The position numbers and the translations under genes were made by a program. From contig JANKJI020000004.1 of the NCBI GenBank assembly GCA_024626585.2, positions 59,197,474 to 59,223,046 of the forward strand: a stretch of 25,573 nucleotides of DNA, given 5' to 3'. The notes under the pieces were generated by a model. The model was not told where the DNA came from. It saw only the letters and a list, made by a program, of their open reading frames with translations, and ran no database searches. Source of the DNA: Ginkgo biloba (lineage: Eukaryota > Plantae > Ginkgophyta). The first letter of the stretch is position 1, and every line of letters starts with the position of its first letter. Shown piece by piece: positions 1-12,802 of this stretch.

Positions 1-149
1 TGACAAAAAAAAAAAATCCATTGCATTAAGTAGTTTGTATATATTCAATTCCTATGTACATTAAATTCAATCTAGTCATGATGTAAATATTGATTGAGCT
101 GACTTGAATACACCCGAATATGAGGTTGACTAAATATATACAAATTGAC

Positions 150-1350
150 TTTCACTTAGTTGACTACATGAACTTATACTGTGTATTTATCATGAGATAA
201 AGAAGGATGAGGAGAAAGAAAAAGTATAGATTGAATTATACACTAAGTAGACTAAACACTTAGATGAATGAGCATATAGTTGATTGGTGATTGAACTATG
301 GGTTCTATTATGGGTTTGTTGAGTCTAAAATCACCACAAAAAAGTGTTAAGGAACACGGTGAATTCCATACACTAGGTCACAGGATTCTTTGGTATATTT
401 TTAGAGTTGCATCTAGTTTGAAGTGGATGTTATGGTGCTCATAGGGCGCATCAAAGTTTCCAAAGAATAAATGCCAAAGGATCCATGGGCCTTAAGGCTG
501 TAGTTGGTGAGTGTGATCATAAGGTTTGAGTGCCCACTTAGACTAGAATGCCATTGAGGTAGAATAAGTCACATCATTCAACATGTGATGATGGAATTTG
601 TAATAACACTACACAAATCAATCCTCTATCGCCAATGACAAATGGACAAGTAGAGGACACGAACAAAGTTCTCATTGTCACCCTATATACAAATTTTGGG
701 GTTGAGAGGAAGAGTTAGATAAACCAACTCTTGGTAGAATTTTGGGCTTTCATGACAACCTACAAGGTAATGATGGGATACACACTATTCTAACTAATGT
801 ATGGATATGAGGCATTGGTCCCTCTAGAGTTTGTTATTCTAAGTTTGGGAGTGGCAAATGCTAATGGTTTGGACAATGAAGCCAATTTGCAATAGAGATT
901 AGAGAACCTAATTACACTTCATGAAAGATGATCGATGACATAATGTGCAACCTCCATGACAAAATGTGGAGGAATCCCTTTAAAGTTTGTTATTATAAAT
1001 TTGGGAGTGGCAAATGTTGATTGTCTAGAGAAAGAAGCCAATTTGCAATAGAGATAAGAGAAGCTAAATATACTTCATGAAAGATGATTGATGATACAAT
1101 GTGCGGTGCCCATGGAAAAAAGTGGGGGAATCATTGGCATGATCAACATCTTAAGTGACTAATATTCAAATGGGTTCTTGGGTCTTGCATTATGTAGGGA
1201 AATTGCTAACAAAGACATAGAAATTGAAAATCCATTTGCTAGGTCCATTTATCATCACACAAGTGTTGAAGAATGAAGTTGTCCAATCTAGATGGCTTTG
1301 TGCGTGAGGAAATGATCAATAGATTGAAGCTTAAATTATATCATTGGTTG
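150..1350 (+). mobile_element. Decayed Ty3/Gypsy (Athila/Tat-like) integrase region
   Basis: From ~630: PMTNGQVEDTNKVL...W(*)...FWAFMTTYKVMMGYTLF*LMYGYEALVPLEFVILSL, later HWHDQHLK, LGPF and a VNGSRLK-like end (atcaatagattgaagcttaaattatat, ~1315-1342). Many stops and frameshifts; left boundary approximate. Confidence 0.85.
821..1132 (+). repeat. Tandem duplication, 2 x 156 bp, inside the integrase remnant
   Basis: 821-976 and 977-1132 align without gaps (tttgggagtggcaaatg, gaagccaatttgcaatagagat, acttcatgaaagatgat, ggaatc). Confidence 0.92.
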
Positions 1351-4300
1351 GAAAAACAAAAGGTAGATAATTGACAACCACAAGAGAATGTTGTTATCAA
1401 GGTTCATTGGATTTAGGTAGGAGTAGTAAATCACGCAGAGACAGTGTAGGCTACACAAACTAGACACTTTTGGGATAGGGATGAGGATATCACTAGTGAA
1501 CCCCGTAGTTATGAGTGCTTACTAGAAACTTTAGGGTATAACACGACAATTCATTTAATCTAAAAAGGTAGAAAGGCCAAGGGAGTTAAAAAAGCCGTTG
1601 TAGTCAAGGGGACCATACTCATCTCAAAATCAAAATCAAGCAAATTGGGGTGACCCAAAAAACATACACAAGCACAAGTCTTTGGTCGTTCTTCAACAAT
1701 AACATAGTGAGTGCTCCAATAATTATTACCTCTACAAATTCCCCCCAACCGTCCAGTTCTCTCCCTCTTGCTCAGTCTCACTGTGCAATTCTTTGGCCAT
1801 CCAACCAATAAGAGCCAACACTGTAATCTTCTACCCTTCATATTTTCTCCCTTAACTAGTCCAACCAACTTATCCACCAGCTAACCAACCCTTTCTTCCT
1901 CTGCGCACTGGCTTTATGCNNNNNNNNNNNNNNNNNNNNNNNNNNNNNNNNNNNNNNNNNNNNNNNNNNNNNNNNNNNNNNNNNNNNNNNNNNNNNNNNN
2001 NNNNNNNNNNNNNNNNNNNGTGGGCCAAGGCGACATATTTTAAGCATTATAAAATTTGAATTTTTTAGGGGAAAAATCCAAGTCCTTACATTTTACACCA
2101 CCTATATTATTTGCTCTTCTACCTATGAATATCATTTGTACATTGGGGTTTGTGCCTTTACAATGGTTGTTTATGATTGAAGCTTTTTTGCACATGCATT
2201 GTAAGGATACCCTGCCCCTACTTCTCAAGTGTCGTCCATACTTGACCAATGATTGTTGTCCATACACAAGGATGTTGTTCAAACATGTGAGCCCAAGCTC
2301 TCTATTTGCTTAAATAATGACCAACATTTGCACCTTAGTTATCTAACTTGTTTCATGTCATGAATGTTGTCCATCTCTTCTTAATCTAGGCCACCCAAGC
2401 ATGCTATTTATCTTTTGGGAGTGCATGAATGACATTTGGCACCCATGCATACAATTAGTTGGTTGGCTCATAACTATTTTTGGAGCTTCTTCATCTTTAA
2501 GTTTCTTTTCGGTGATGCTTCTTTCATTGTGAAATGAAGTGTGGAAACTTGTGCTGAGAAGTAAGCAAGTAGTATTGAATTGGATGTGAACAACTAGAAG
2601 ACTTTGGAGCATTCCTAAACTTTCAAGTGATTTAGAAGATTGTTCAAGGAGCAGTTGACAAACAATGGAGAAAAGTTAGAGTTGGTGATTAAAGATAAGT
2701 CCGTAGAGAAGCTAATCTAACTCAATTTTGGATTACTCTGGTTCTTTCTTTATTCCTTTTTACACATTTTCTATTGATTCAATATCAATGGTTAGTTGGA
2801 AATACAGGGCTAAAGTAACTAAGAATGTGGACTCAATAGTTGTGGGCTTCTTGAGTTAGGGAGTGGGTTATTCTCCAGTTGATAAGAATTAACTAATGGG
2901 TGCTAGTTCTCTAGGAATAGAATGGAAGATTACATTTTTAACTTTGTTGATCACTTGTGAGTGAGGGCATGATGGGGAACTCTCACCCTAATTTATATAC
3001 ATGGAGGATGATGTAGTAGGCTAGGGTGGCCTGCTATATCACCATATTGGTAATGGCAAAATGCCTAATATCTTGGTATAGAAGTTGAAGGGTTATGATT
3101 TGCAAACTAAAGTCATTTGGATTGATGGGATTAATATCTCATTCAAACTAGATTATTTTCATATGTTGCTTATGCTTTCAAGTTCTAGGAGGAGGTTATT
3201 AGATGAAAGATTAATGCTTCAAGAAAATAGAAGACATGGATCTAGGAGCTTGGTATAGTATATTTTTTAGGAGCAGAAGCATGGGCATTGAGGCATTAAT
3301 GTACCTAACTTGAAGGCCAACGAGTTGCACACAATACAACATTGATTTGTTGTTGATTGGTTGGAGAACAAAGATGCAATGATTTGCCAACCTAGCTAGT
3401 ACCATTTATACAAGGAATGAAGGAGGGGTAGATATATAATTGGTGTCAACATCTCTTTGCTAAAACACAAAGCTCTTGACACAGTGTTGCAAAGCCCAAA
3501 TGCGGGTGTAATTTCTCCCATGTATATGATGGGTTCTAGTGTGATGCCATGGGAAATCTNNNNNNNNNNNNNNNNNNNNNNNNTTTCTATTATGAGATGG
3601 AGGCACTTTATTGAGGACAAACAACCTTAGGACACCTTGAAGAAGAGAAAATTAGTAGTGGCGATGGTGAGTGAGGAGGTATTGCCATATCTCTCTAATA
3701 CAAATGATGATGATGAGCGGGATGAGAAGGAAGAGTCAATGGAAGAGGAGGAATTAGAAAAAGTGGACAAGCTACTAGTTTAGGGAGGAATGCAGGGGTA
3801 CATAAGGTTTAAAGTCCCCAACCCTCAAATGCTTCACTTCCTAAACAATATCAAGGTTGGGAGTTTTCTGTTGGTAGAGATACGAAAGTTGAGGTTGAAA
3901 CATATTTCACAAGAGCTTTGGTTAGTCAATTTAGATGAGAAAGCACTTTTATTAGGACTATAGGGGAGTGGGAAGGCAACTTCCAAATCTATAGCGCCAT
4001 CTCAATCATTGCCATTTGAGGTTATGACATGTGCAACAAACTCCTCGAATATTGAAAGTTGCACAATGATTAGGATTGGCATCCTTTGCACAATTTTCTT
4101 TGCTTCATCCTCCAACCCCTCCACTTCCATAGAGTTCAACCTCGGTGTTAGGGCGCTCATTGCAGTTTGTGTCAGAGGTATGAAATGATCTAGGAAGTGC
4201 ACTTATAGTACTATTAGGTTGGGTTGTGGATATTGCTAAAATGGGAGTTGATTACTAATGAAGGAGATGAATACTGCATTCCAAAGTTATGGGGCACGAT

Positions 4301-5249
4301 AGAGTTAAGGCTATGACTAAAGAAAGATGGAAGATATTACAAGCTTTAGAGGTGTATTTATACACATGCCCTACACTTCAAAAATTAAGATAGTTAATAG
4401 CAAATAGGGAGACACTAGCTGATCTACGAATTGTGATATATAAGGCTATTGCAGGTCAACTACAAGTTGCACAAGACTCGGAGACATTGGAGAAGCTTCA
4501 ATTGGAGTGTACATTGACAATGGCATATCTACAAACAAAGCATGAGCGTGTGCAGAGATTGGAGGATGGAATTGCCAAGATGTGAGAGGAGTAAGATGTT
4601 ATGTATCTAATTGTACATAACTAAACATGCTNNNNNNNNNNNNNNNNNNNNNNNNNNNNNNNNNNNNNNNNNNNNNNNNNNNNNNNNNNATTGAGACCAA
4701 TTCATCATGTAACATCATCTTATATCACTTATTTATTATATATTCTATATTCTCTTCGGGTCAGTATATTTTCTTGGTAGATTCGTCGTCTCGAACAACC
4801 TACTTCATGACACAAACCACTTTGGTTCGTGTTAAGTGGTGTTAGAGTTGTTCATTCAAATCCTCATGGATTCATCTTTGTCCTCATCCATCGCCACATA
4901 GCCCCACATCATTTTTTTGCCCTCGTAGATTTCTTTCTATCCTTTAATCTTTGTGCACCCTCGCTTGGGTTACAAGCTCTTGGGATTGAGGTTGCCCCAG
5001 TCCTCTTTGCCGTCTAGGAAGCCGACATGTTCGCAGCATTTGAAAATCAGATTGTTTGCCGCTTGAATCAATGCCCTGTGTAACCACGGTCGTGGCCCTT
5101 ATTTTCTCTATCATTATACCTTCATAAAAAAATTTAAATTGGAATAATCTAAAAGAATACTTTTCTTTTAATTAAAGGCTCTTAAAAGGTTAAAAAAAAA
5201 TGAGTACATTAACTTAGTAGCAGTGCTAGAGGAAATTAGTGTGTTCAAA

Positions 5250-6870
5250 ATGCCTACAAATGTGGAATTAAACCAAGAGATGTAACAATTAGAAGCAAGA
5301 GTGGAGACACAATTCAATCAAGTAATGAAAGAAATTACGAGCATACATATGAAGCTGAACGAACTCAATGACTTAATTGAGAAACTTTGAACTCGACTAG
5401 TAGAACATCATGGGTTTATAACATCCCTAAAACCAGTGCAACATTTACCATCTCAAGGGTCAACATCTATAGGCATAATTTATATGAAAATGGAATTACC
5501 AAAATTTAATAGAGAAAATGGGAAGGAAGCGAGAAAATTGGGTAAATAAATTAGAGTATTATTTTAAAATTACCCCTCCATGAACCAATGAGGAATGCAT
5601 CGATATTGTCACATTGGAATTAGTTTTCGATTGGCTTTTATGGTGGTTTGAATAAACCAATTCAATCACAATAACATGCGAAAATTTCAATGCTAACTTC
5701 TTCAATAAATACGAAAATACGTGGAAAAATGATTTTTTTAATCAACTCACGTGTCTTAGATAAAAAAGGATAGTAGATTAGCACACAAGCCATTGGGAAT
5801 CACTAGTAACCCGCATACGAAATATTCCAAAATAAAATTTATTAGATTCATATATTAGTGGTTAAAAGAAGACATTTGAAATGAAATTAAGATGCATGAT
5901 ATTCTAGTATTCAACAAGATATGAAAAAAGCATATCAAGCCAAGATTACTAATGTTGCACAGGAAAACTTATGCATATTCTTCGATAAACTTACATACAA
6001 GGTTATCTGGTGATCGACTCAAAACCATTCCACATTAGAAATTAATAGATGAATAAATACAAGAACATAAGGCTAGAGGAACATTTTATAAATATAATAA
6101 AAAATATCAAAAGGGGCATCAATGTCAAGGATCAAAATTATACATTTATGAACTTCATAATAAGGAAGAAATAGAAATGGACATTGATGATAGTGATAGT
6201 GATGATAAGGATAGCGATAACAAATCACATATTGATGAAAATCAAGATAACATTACTTCAACCATTTTCTTATTAGCAATAACGGGTTTATTTCAACCAA
6301 AAACCCTAAATATTCAAGGCTATATTAAGAACGCTAGGGTGACAGTCTTGATTGATAATAGAAGTGCCCATAATNNNNNNNNNNNNNNNNNNNNNNNNNN
6401 NNNNNNNNNNNNNNNAAAATAATTTATCTACCCCACAACACAATTTTAGGTGATGGTAATTGATGGAGGAATTATATTGTGTGGAAGTAAGTTCCATAGA
6501 ATTGAATTAACAATGGGCATTTTTTTACTCCAGACTTCTATGTATGCAATGGCATTAGGAGAAGTGGATGTGGTCCTTGAAGCACAATGGATTGAAACCC
6601 TAAGGACATTCTGAATGAAACTTAAAGAGAATTTTTTTAAATCATGTTGGGATTGAATCTTACACAAACTTAATGGTCTTATTTCACTACCCACTCAACT
6701 AGTAACAACAAATTGAATAGAGAAATTAAATAATGAATTATGTTCAAAGGTGTCAACACAATATTTTCCTAGAGAAGCATGACTTAAGTAAGATAATTAT
6801 ACATCACATAATAGACCAAGAAGGATATGCCATCGTCCATCCTACTACATAAAATACCCACTACCTCACA
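5250..6870 (+). mobile_element. Decayed Ty3/Gypsy (chromovirus-like) gag-protease region
   Basis: MKMELPKFN...WVNKLEYYF (gag, ~5485), KARGTFYKYNKKYQKGHQC (degenerate zinc knuckle, ~6070), PKTLNIQGYIKNARVTVLIDNRSAHN (aspartic protease LIDSGSTHN, ~6300-6374), DVVLEAQWIETL (~6570). Confidence 0.88.
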
Positions 6871-7076
6871 AAGCATCACATATCATTCTCCAACCTAATA
6901 CATGAAAAATATGGACCTCTCCAAATACATGAAAACTGCCAAATGTAAAAAAAGAAAAANNNNNNNNNNNNNNNNNNNNNNNNNNNNNNNNNNNNNNNNN
7001 NNNNNNNNNNNNNNNNNNNNNNNNNNNNNNNNNNNNNNNNNNNNNNNNNNNNNNNNNNNCTGAATTTGACAAGAAG

Positions 7077-7250
7077 GGTGTGGAACCGGCAACAACCTAT
7101 GGCAATCTGGGACTACCACCTGATTGGTATGGTGCGCTGGAGTGGGTTTTTCCAACATGGGCCAGAAAACATGCTCTTGACAGAGGTGAAGCTGTTAATC
7201 ATATGAAAGGTGCAATTGTTTCAGCAGATCGAATTCTGGCTGTTAGCCAG
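7077..7250 (+). CDS. SS1: Starch synthase I internal exon, 174 bp: GVEPATTYGNLGLPPDWYGALEWVFPTWARKHALDRGEAVNHMKGAIVSADRILAVSQ
   Basis: Translation matches the SSI-specific segment after HNLAHQ (GVEPA..Y..LGLP.EWYGA..WVFPTWAR.HALD.GEAVN..KGAIV..DRI..VSQ). AG at 7075-7076, GT at 7251-7252; phase 0 at both ends. Confidence 0.96.
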
Positions 7251-7376
7251 GTTATTTTCTCCTAACCACAAGGTTATGTGCATAATGTTTATCTTCAACG
7301 TTTAAAGTTTCAGAGATGAGTCCATCTATATTGTCTTCTTGTAATTTGACCAAACCTTGGTTCTTCTTTTTCGTAG

Positions 7377-7458
7377 GGATACGCTTGGGAAATAACAACC
7401 CGGGAGGGTGGATGGGGTCTTGATGAGCTTCTCCTGAGCAGAAAGGCTGTTATTAATG
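7377..7458 (+). CDS. SS1: Starch synthase I exon, 82 bp: GYAWEITTREGGWGLDELLLSRKAVIN(G)
   Basis: Pyrimidine tract ttcttctttttcgtag acceptor; conserved GYAWEITT.EGG.GL motif; donor gtgtga at 7459; in frame with the previous exon. Confidence 0.97.
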
Positions 7459-7561
7459 GTGTGATGTAAATCTCATCTCCTTTAATATTAAATCTCACAG
7501 TTGCTCTTCAAACAGAACTATGTTATTGCTCTCTCATAATTGTGAATATTTTATGGACCAG

Positions 7562-7653
7562 GCATCACAAATGGCATCGATGTTGAGGAATGGAACCCAA
7601 CTTTGGACAGATACATTGCATGCCAGTATTCCGCTGAGGATCTTTTGGGAAAG
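7562..7653 (+). CDS. SS1: Starch synthase I exon, 92 bp: (G)ITNGIDVEEWNPTLDRYIACQYSAEDLLGK
   Basis: cag acceptor at 7559-7561 completes the split Gly codon; conserved GT5 motif GITNGID..EWNP..D; donor gtagat at 7654. Confidence 0.97.
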
Positions 7654-7785
7654 GTAGATTTCATGTTGAAATATGCTTTTGATAATTCNNNNNNNNNNNN
7701 NNNNNNNNNNNNNNNNNNNNNNNNNNNNNNNNNNNNNNNNNNNNNNNNNNNNNNNNNNNNNNNNNNNNNNNNNTCTTTAACGCAG

Positions 7786-7848
7786 GCTGAATGCAAGGCA
7801 GCTCTACAGAAGGAACTTGGTCTTCCTGTACGAGCAGATGTACCATTG
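7786..7848 (+). CDS. SS1: Starch synthase I exon, 63 bp: AECKAALQKELGLPVRADVPL
   Basis: gcag acceptor, conserved CK.ALQKELGLP.R...P, donor gtgagc at 7849. Confidence 0.96.
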
Positions 7849-7925
7849 GTGAGCTCGAAGAAGCTGCTCTCTTTCTAATTTAGGTCGCTTTGGTTAAGTT
7901 TCTAACAAACTTGATGACTGTGTAG

Positions 7926-8015
7926 ATTGGTTTCATTGGAAGGTTGGATTACCAAAAAGGTCTTGATTTAATTCAATCAGCTCTTCCAGAACTCATACAA
8001 GATGACATCCAATTG
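7926..8015 (+). CDS. SS1: Starch synthase I exon, 90 bp: IGFIGRLDYQKGLDLIQSALPELIQDDIQL
   Basis: tgtag acceptor; IGFIGRLDYQKG is the SSI form of the glycogen/starch synthase GRL..QKG motif; canonical gtaagt donor at 8016. Confidence 0.98.
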
Positions 8016-10130
8016 GTAAGTTTTAGGTGATTTTTCAGATCTTTCTTTTTATGCTGAGTGTTTCGTGGTTGCATATGGCAGTTACCTAGAAGAACTTTCT
8101 AGAATACCACTGTGGGGAAATGGATACTTACCTTGTATTTAGTTTCTCTCATGAGCTAGACAATAGCTGTAGTGCTCTTAACCTCGGATATACTTCTTCA
8201 CTCTCATCCTTTTTACATTCAACTTTTTGCATAGAAAAACCTNNNNNNNNNNNNNNNNNNNNNNNNNNNNNNNNNNNNNNNNNNNNNNNNNNNNNNNNNN
8301 NNNNNNNNNNNNNNNCCTTATTGATATATGTTGCTGCTTGGTGGATTTCATTTTTTTTTTTTTTTCCTACAATGTTTGGGAGTGATAGACAATTAATAAA
8401 TCTGGTGAGATTAGATACAAATATGTGATGGAAAATGGCCTCCACTCACAGTGATTGAAATCCTTGACAATTTTTCTTTTGGTGAATCACAATTTAATAG
8501 CAACTATTTGATGGATGATTTACCCAGTCACCAGAGGAACTCCAGAAGGATATTCTCTCTTTTTGAGCTGAGTTCTCTGGTCTATTTTCATCCTCTTTTC
8601 AGATATCTTTCTACATGTGCTTGGATATGATAAATCTTCAGTAGTGAAACTGGAACAAATTGAGTGAACACACTTTAAGTGACGAACATGTCCAGAGTAG
8701 AAGTAAGGAAATCTTAGCTTTGTGGGTTCAGGGGAATCATTCATAAAGGTGGAAATTATCTTTGCACACATGGAAGGAGTTATGGATATTTACAATACTC
8801 TGTGGTGAGTTTGTTGTTTGAACTTCTACTTTTTAAGAACCATCAGTTTGATGGAATTGCCTATTTAGAACAGCAAATAATGTTTAATNNNNNNNNNNNN
8901 NNNNNNNNNNNNNNNNNNNNNNNNNNNNNNNNNNNNNNNNNNNNNNNNNNNNNNNNNNNNNNNNNNNNNNNNNNNNNNNNNNNNNNNNTATTCCAACTGG
9001 CAAGTATAAGAGGCAACAAAATCAATGTTGACAGACTTCTGCTCTAACTAGGAGAGAGCTCTCTATGATGTCAATGGGAAAAATCATTGCCTAAGCAGAT
9101 ACAGAGGACCTGACATTATCTTTAATCTTTCTCTCACTAATTCTATGATCACAACCAACTTACCAAGACATCAAAAGGAAGCACAGGGATAGTTAAGTCT
9201 TTTCATTCATTCATTGCTGCTACAAGAAGGTCGGATAACACCTCTAACATAAATGAAAATGAAAAAACAATTCCATGACAGTTAGGGCCATGTTCAGAAA
9301 AGAAAATGAAAAACAACAGGCCCCCAGAAGGGTAACTTTTATTGCCTTGAAAAAAATTAATTAAAAGTTAAAAACATGACAGAGATGTTTTAAAGAAATT
9401 ATACATGCTCATAATATTCAAAACATACAATTCCTTGCACAATATAAATACCAAAACATGCATTCTTGTAGGCTATATGCCTCATACAATATATAAGTAT
9501 ATCATGTGATAGAGTATGCTCACAAGTGCTACTGATTATATCAGTATTAAGTCCAAGCCTTGAGGAAAGTGTTCAAATTTTCAAACAATGTTAATAGACT
9601 ATATTGGCTCTCCATTTTCATTTTTCTTGGAGTCCAATTCTTCCTCACATTCAACATCTTTCAAACTCCTGCTGTTTTCTCCCCACATTTTCTCTTCCAA
9701 GTGTTTCCTCCATGGGCTGTCTTCCTTATGTTTGTATGCCTAGCACATGGCAGAGCAATAATCAAGATAATAAGGTAGAAGAAGTCAGTTTTGGTACAAG
9801 GTCGCAAGCAGTATACAGGCAGTTGTCTCTATTTATATAGTCAGTCTCAACGTGTATGCAATCGGTTGCATGCATATAAAAATACACACACAGGTTGCAA
9901 AGTTTATATAGTTTGTTGTGTCAGAGTAGCAGCCGGTTGTGAACAATAAGAGCCGATTGTAGGTAGAAAGGAACATGCAGCTGGTCACAGGTGCAAGCTG
10001 CCAGTCACAAGTCCAAGTATGCTGATCATGAACAATAATGGGTCCAGTGCGAGAATAATAAACCCAATTGTCATCAGAGTTTGTTATTCTGCTTATTGTA
10101 TTGAAAGGTCTTGATTAAACAAAAAGAAGA

Positions 10131-10859
10131 GTAGTGGATTTTATGATGAAAGGTTTAATTGTTTTACATGGTTCTTCCTCAACATTGCATAAATATGCTG
10201 CCATTTGGGGCATATCTCATCCATTCATCAATTCATATTATTCAAACAACTAGACTTATATTTATTGTGAGAGTGAAATAGCATGAGAGCATTATATTTA
10301 GTTAATCTTACTATAGGTTAAGAGTCCTTAGTAATGTATGATGTTTATTTCCATTCTTTGAGCATAATGAGACTCTGTGAGGACATGAATCCATAATGCC
10401 TCATTAAGTAGCATGTAACATAGATTTGCTAATTAACCCAACTAGAAAATAGCAAACAGTTGGTTCTGCCACCTCCAACTTAACCTTTGATTGCACTTTT
10501 GTAGTGGATTTAATGATCAAAGGTTACATTGATTTGCAAGACTCCACATTTTATAAATATGCTGTCATTTGGGGCATATCTCATCCATCGATACAATTCA
10601 TTTTATTCAAAGCACTAGACTTATATTCATTGGATGGGAGTGAAATAAGTGGTATAATGGTGAGAGCATTATTTCAAGTCAGTCTTATTGTAGGTTGAGT
10701 TGTTAGTGATGCGTGATTTTTATTTCCATTCTTTGTGAGTAATGAGAGCTTGTGAGGACATGGATCCATAATGTCTCATTAAATAGCATGCAACATGGAT
10801 TCATTGATAAACTAGGCCACAAAATAGCAAACATGTGGTTTTGTTGGCTTAAATTGAAC
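10131..10859. repeat. Diverged tandem duplication, ~2 x 370 bp
   Basis: Units start at 10131 and 10501 (gtagtggattt.atgat.aaagg) and share ataaatatgctg.catttggggcatatctcatccat, ctagacttatat, gagagcattattt, tttatttccattcttt, tgtgaggacatg.atccataatg, aaaatagcaaaca. The second unit ends at a gap. Confidence 0.9.
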
Positions 10860-10960
10860 NNNNNNNNNNNNNNNNNNNNNNNNNNNNNNNNNNNNNNNNN
10901 NNNNNNNNNNNNNNNNNNNNNNNNNNNNNNNNNNNNNNNNNNNNNNNNNNNNNNNNNNNT

Positions 10961-11590
10961 GCTCTTTGGTTTAGCCAACGCACTAGCCACATTCCACCAT
11001 GCCATACTTAGGATCTTCAAAAACTTAATTGGGCAAAGGATGAAAGTATTTTGTATGATTAGGTGTTATATTCACTCATGAATGAACACCTCCACTATGT
11101 TCAATGAAATCTTGAAATTTGTTGTGAAAGCAACTATTTCTCAACTTGGAGAAATGTAGCTTCATGGTGGCATGGGGGAATTTGCTTGGGCTCATAGTCA
11201 CTAAAGAAGGATTATTGACAACCCTTGCCAAGGGGGTAATTATCGTAGGGTTTTCCATGTAGCACACAACGAAACGACTTAAAACCTGTCTTTGACTAAT
11301 TAGGTATTATTGATGATTCATAAGCAATTATACCTAGATATCAATAGCCCTCGAGCAACTGTTGAAAAATGGCACCACATTTGAATGGACATTAGAGCAA
11401 CAACTAGCATTTGACATGTTGAAAACAAAAGTTGCCAATGCCCCCATCTTATGATTCCTTCATCAGTGCAAGGATTTTTAAATCCACGTGGATGCTTCTT
11501 TAAACACAAGAAGTGGTGCCCTAACACAACCAACAAACAAAAATATCAATCATCCTTTCTACTTCACTAGTTTATTAGTTATAATATGTG
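10961..11590 (+). mobile_element. Decayed Ty3/Gypsy reverse transcriptase to RNase H fragment
   Basis: LFGLANALATFHHAILRIFKNLIGQRMKVF (MPFGL.NAPATFQR...VF.DD), LNLEKCSFMV..G.LLGLIVTKEG, HVDAS (~11485), HPFYF (~11551). Confidence 0.88.
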
Positions 11591-12802
11591 CATCTTAGAT
11601 GCATTTAGACATATAAATATATCATTATTTATTTGTTAAACTATCAAACATGGATAGCTTCAATGATGTTTTGACCTTCAAGGAAGAAGACTCACCAGGT
11701 CCTCCCATATGGCTTGTATTAGATAATATCATCATTGAATCTCTTAGCGATTATCTAAATAACAACTAATATTGAGCATGTTTAGATCATATCTCTACCA
11801 TATTGTACTTCTTTGAAAACTATAGGTAAATGTATGATATTTTGTATGCAAATTCACTAATCTACATATTCTTTTTTATCTATAGGATCACTTATTACTA
11901 TTACATCAACAAGATGACTATATAATCAACACACATAAGCATGATGCATATGTAATATTCAACTTACATAAATCATCTAATGACATATATTAGGTTTTTA
12001 CAATAAGGATGTTAATATCCATGATATGGATATGACTATGATTTAGACAACAAGCCATTCTCTTCATTCTTTAGCAATCTTTTTTCCATTCTCTAGGAAT
12101 ATCTTAAACANNNNNNNNNNNNNNNNNNNNNNNNNNNNNNNNNNNNNNNNNNNNNNNNNNNNNNNNNNNNNNNNNNNNNNNNNNNNNNNNNNNNNNNNNN
12201 NNNNNNNNNNNNNNNNNNNNNNNNNNNNNNNNNNNNNNNNNNNNNNNNNNNNNNNNNNNNNNNNNNNNNNNNNNNNNNNNNNNNNNNNNNNNNNNNNNNN
12301 NNNNNNNNNNNNNNNNNNNNNNNNNNNNNNNNNNNNNNNNNNNNNNNNNNNNNNNNNNNNNNNNNNNNNNNNNNNNNNNNNNNNNNNNNNNNNNNNNNNN
12401 NNNNNNNNNNNNNNNNNNNNNNNNNNNNNNNNNNNNNNNNNNNNNNNNNNNNNNNNNNNNNNNNNNNNNNNNNNNNNNNNNNNNNNNNNNNNNNNNNNNN
12501 NNNNNNNNNNNNNNNNNNNNNNNNNNNNNNNNNNNNNNNNNNNNNNNNNNNNNNNNNNNNNNNNNNNNNNNNNNNNNNNNNNNNNNNNNNNNNNNNNNNN
12601 NNNNNNNNNNNNNNNNNNNNNNNNNNNNNNNNNNNNNNNNNNNNNNNNNNNNNNNNNNNNNNNNNNNNNNNNNNNNNNNNNNNNNNNNNNNNNNNNNNNN
12701 NNNNNNNNNNNNNNNNNNNNNNNNNNNNNNNNNNNNNNNNNNNNNNNNNNNNNNNNNNNNNNNNNNNNNNNNNNNNNNNNNNNNNNNNNNNNNNNNNNNN
12801 NN

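Noticed and set aside
4690-4990. Possible LTR 3' end (…gggttaca) upstream of the gag region
   Set aside because: No recognisable PBS follows and the left part is in a gap.
9702-10076. Possible minus-strand solo LTR (TGATGA..CA, CTATATAAATAGAG)
   Set aside because: Flanks (ccaag / gagtt) do not form a TSD and there is no PBS or PPT.
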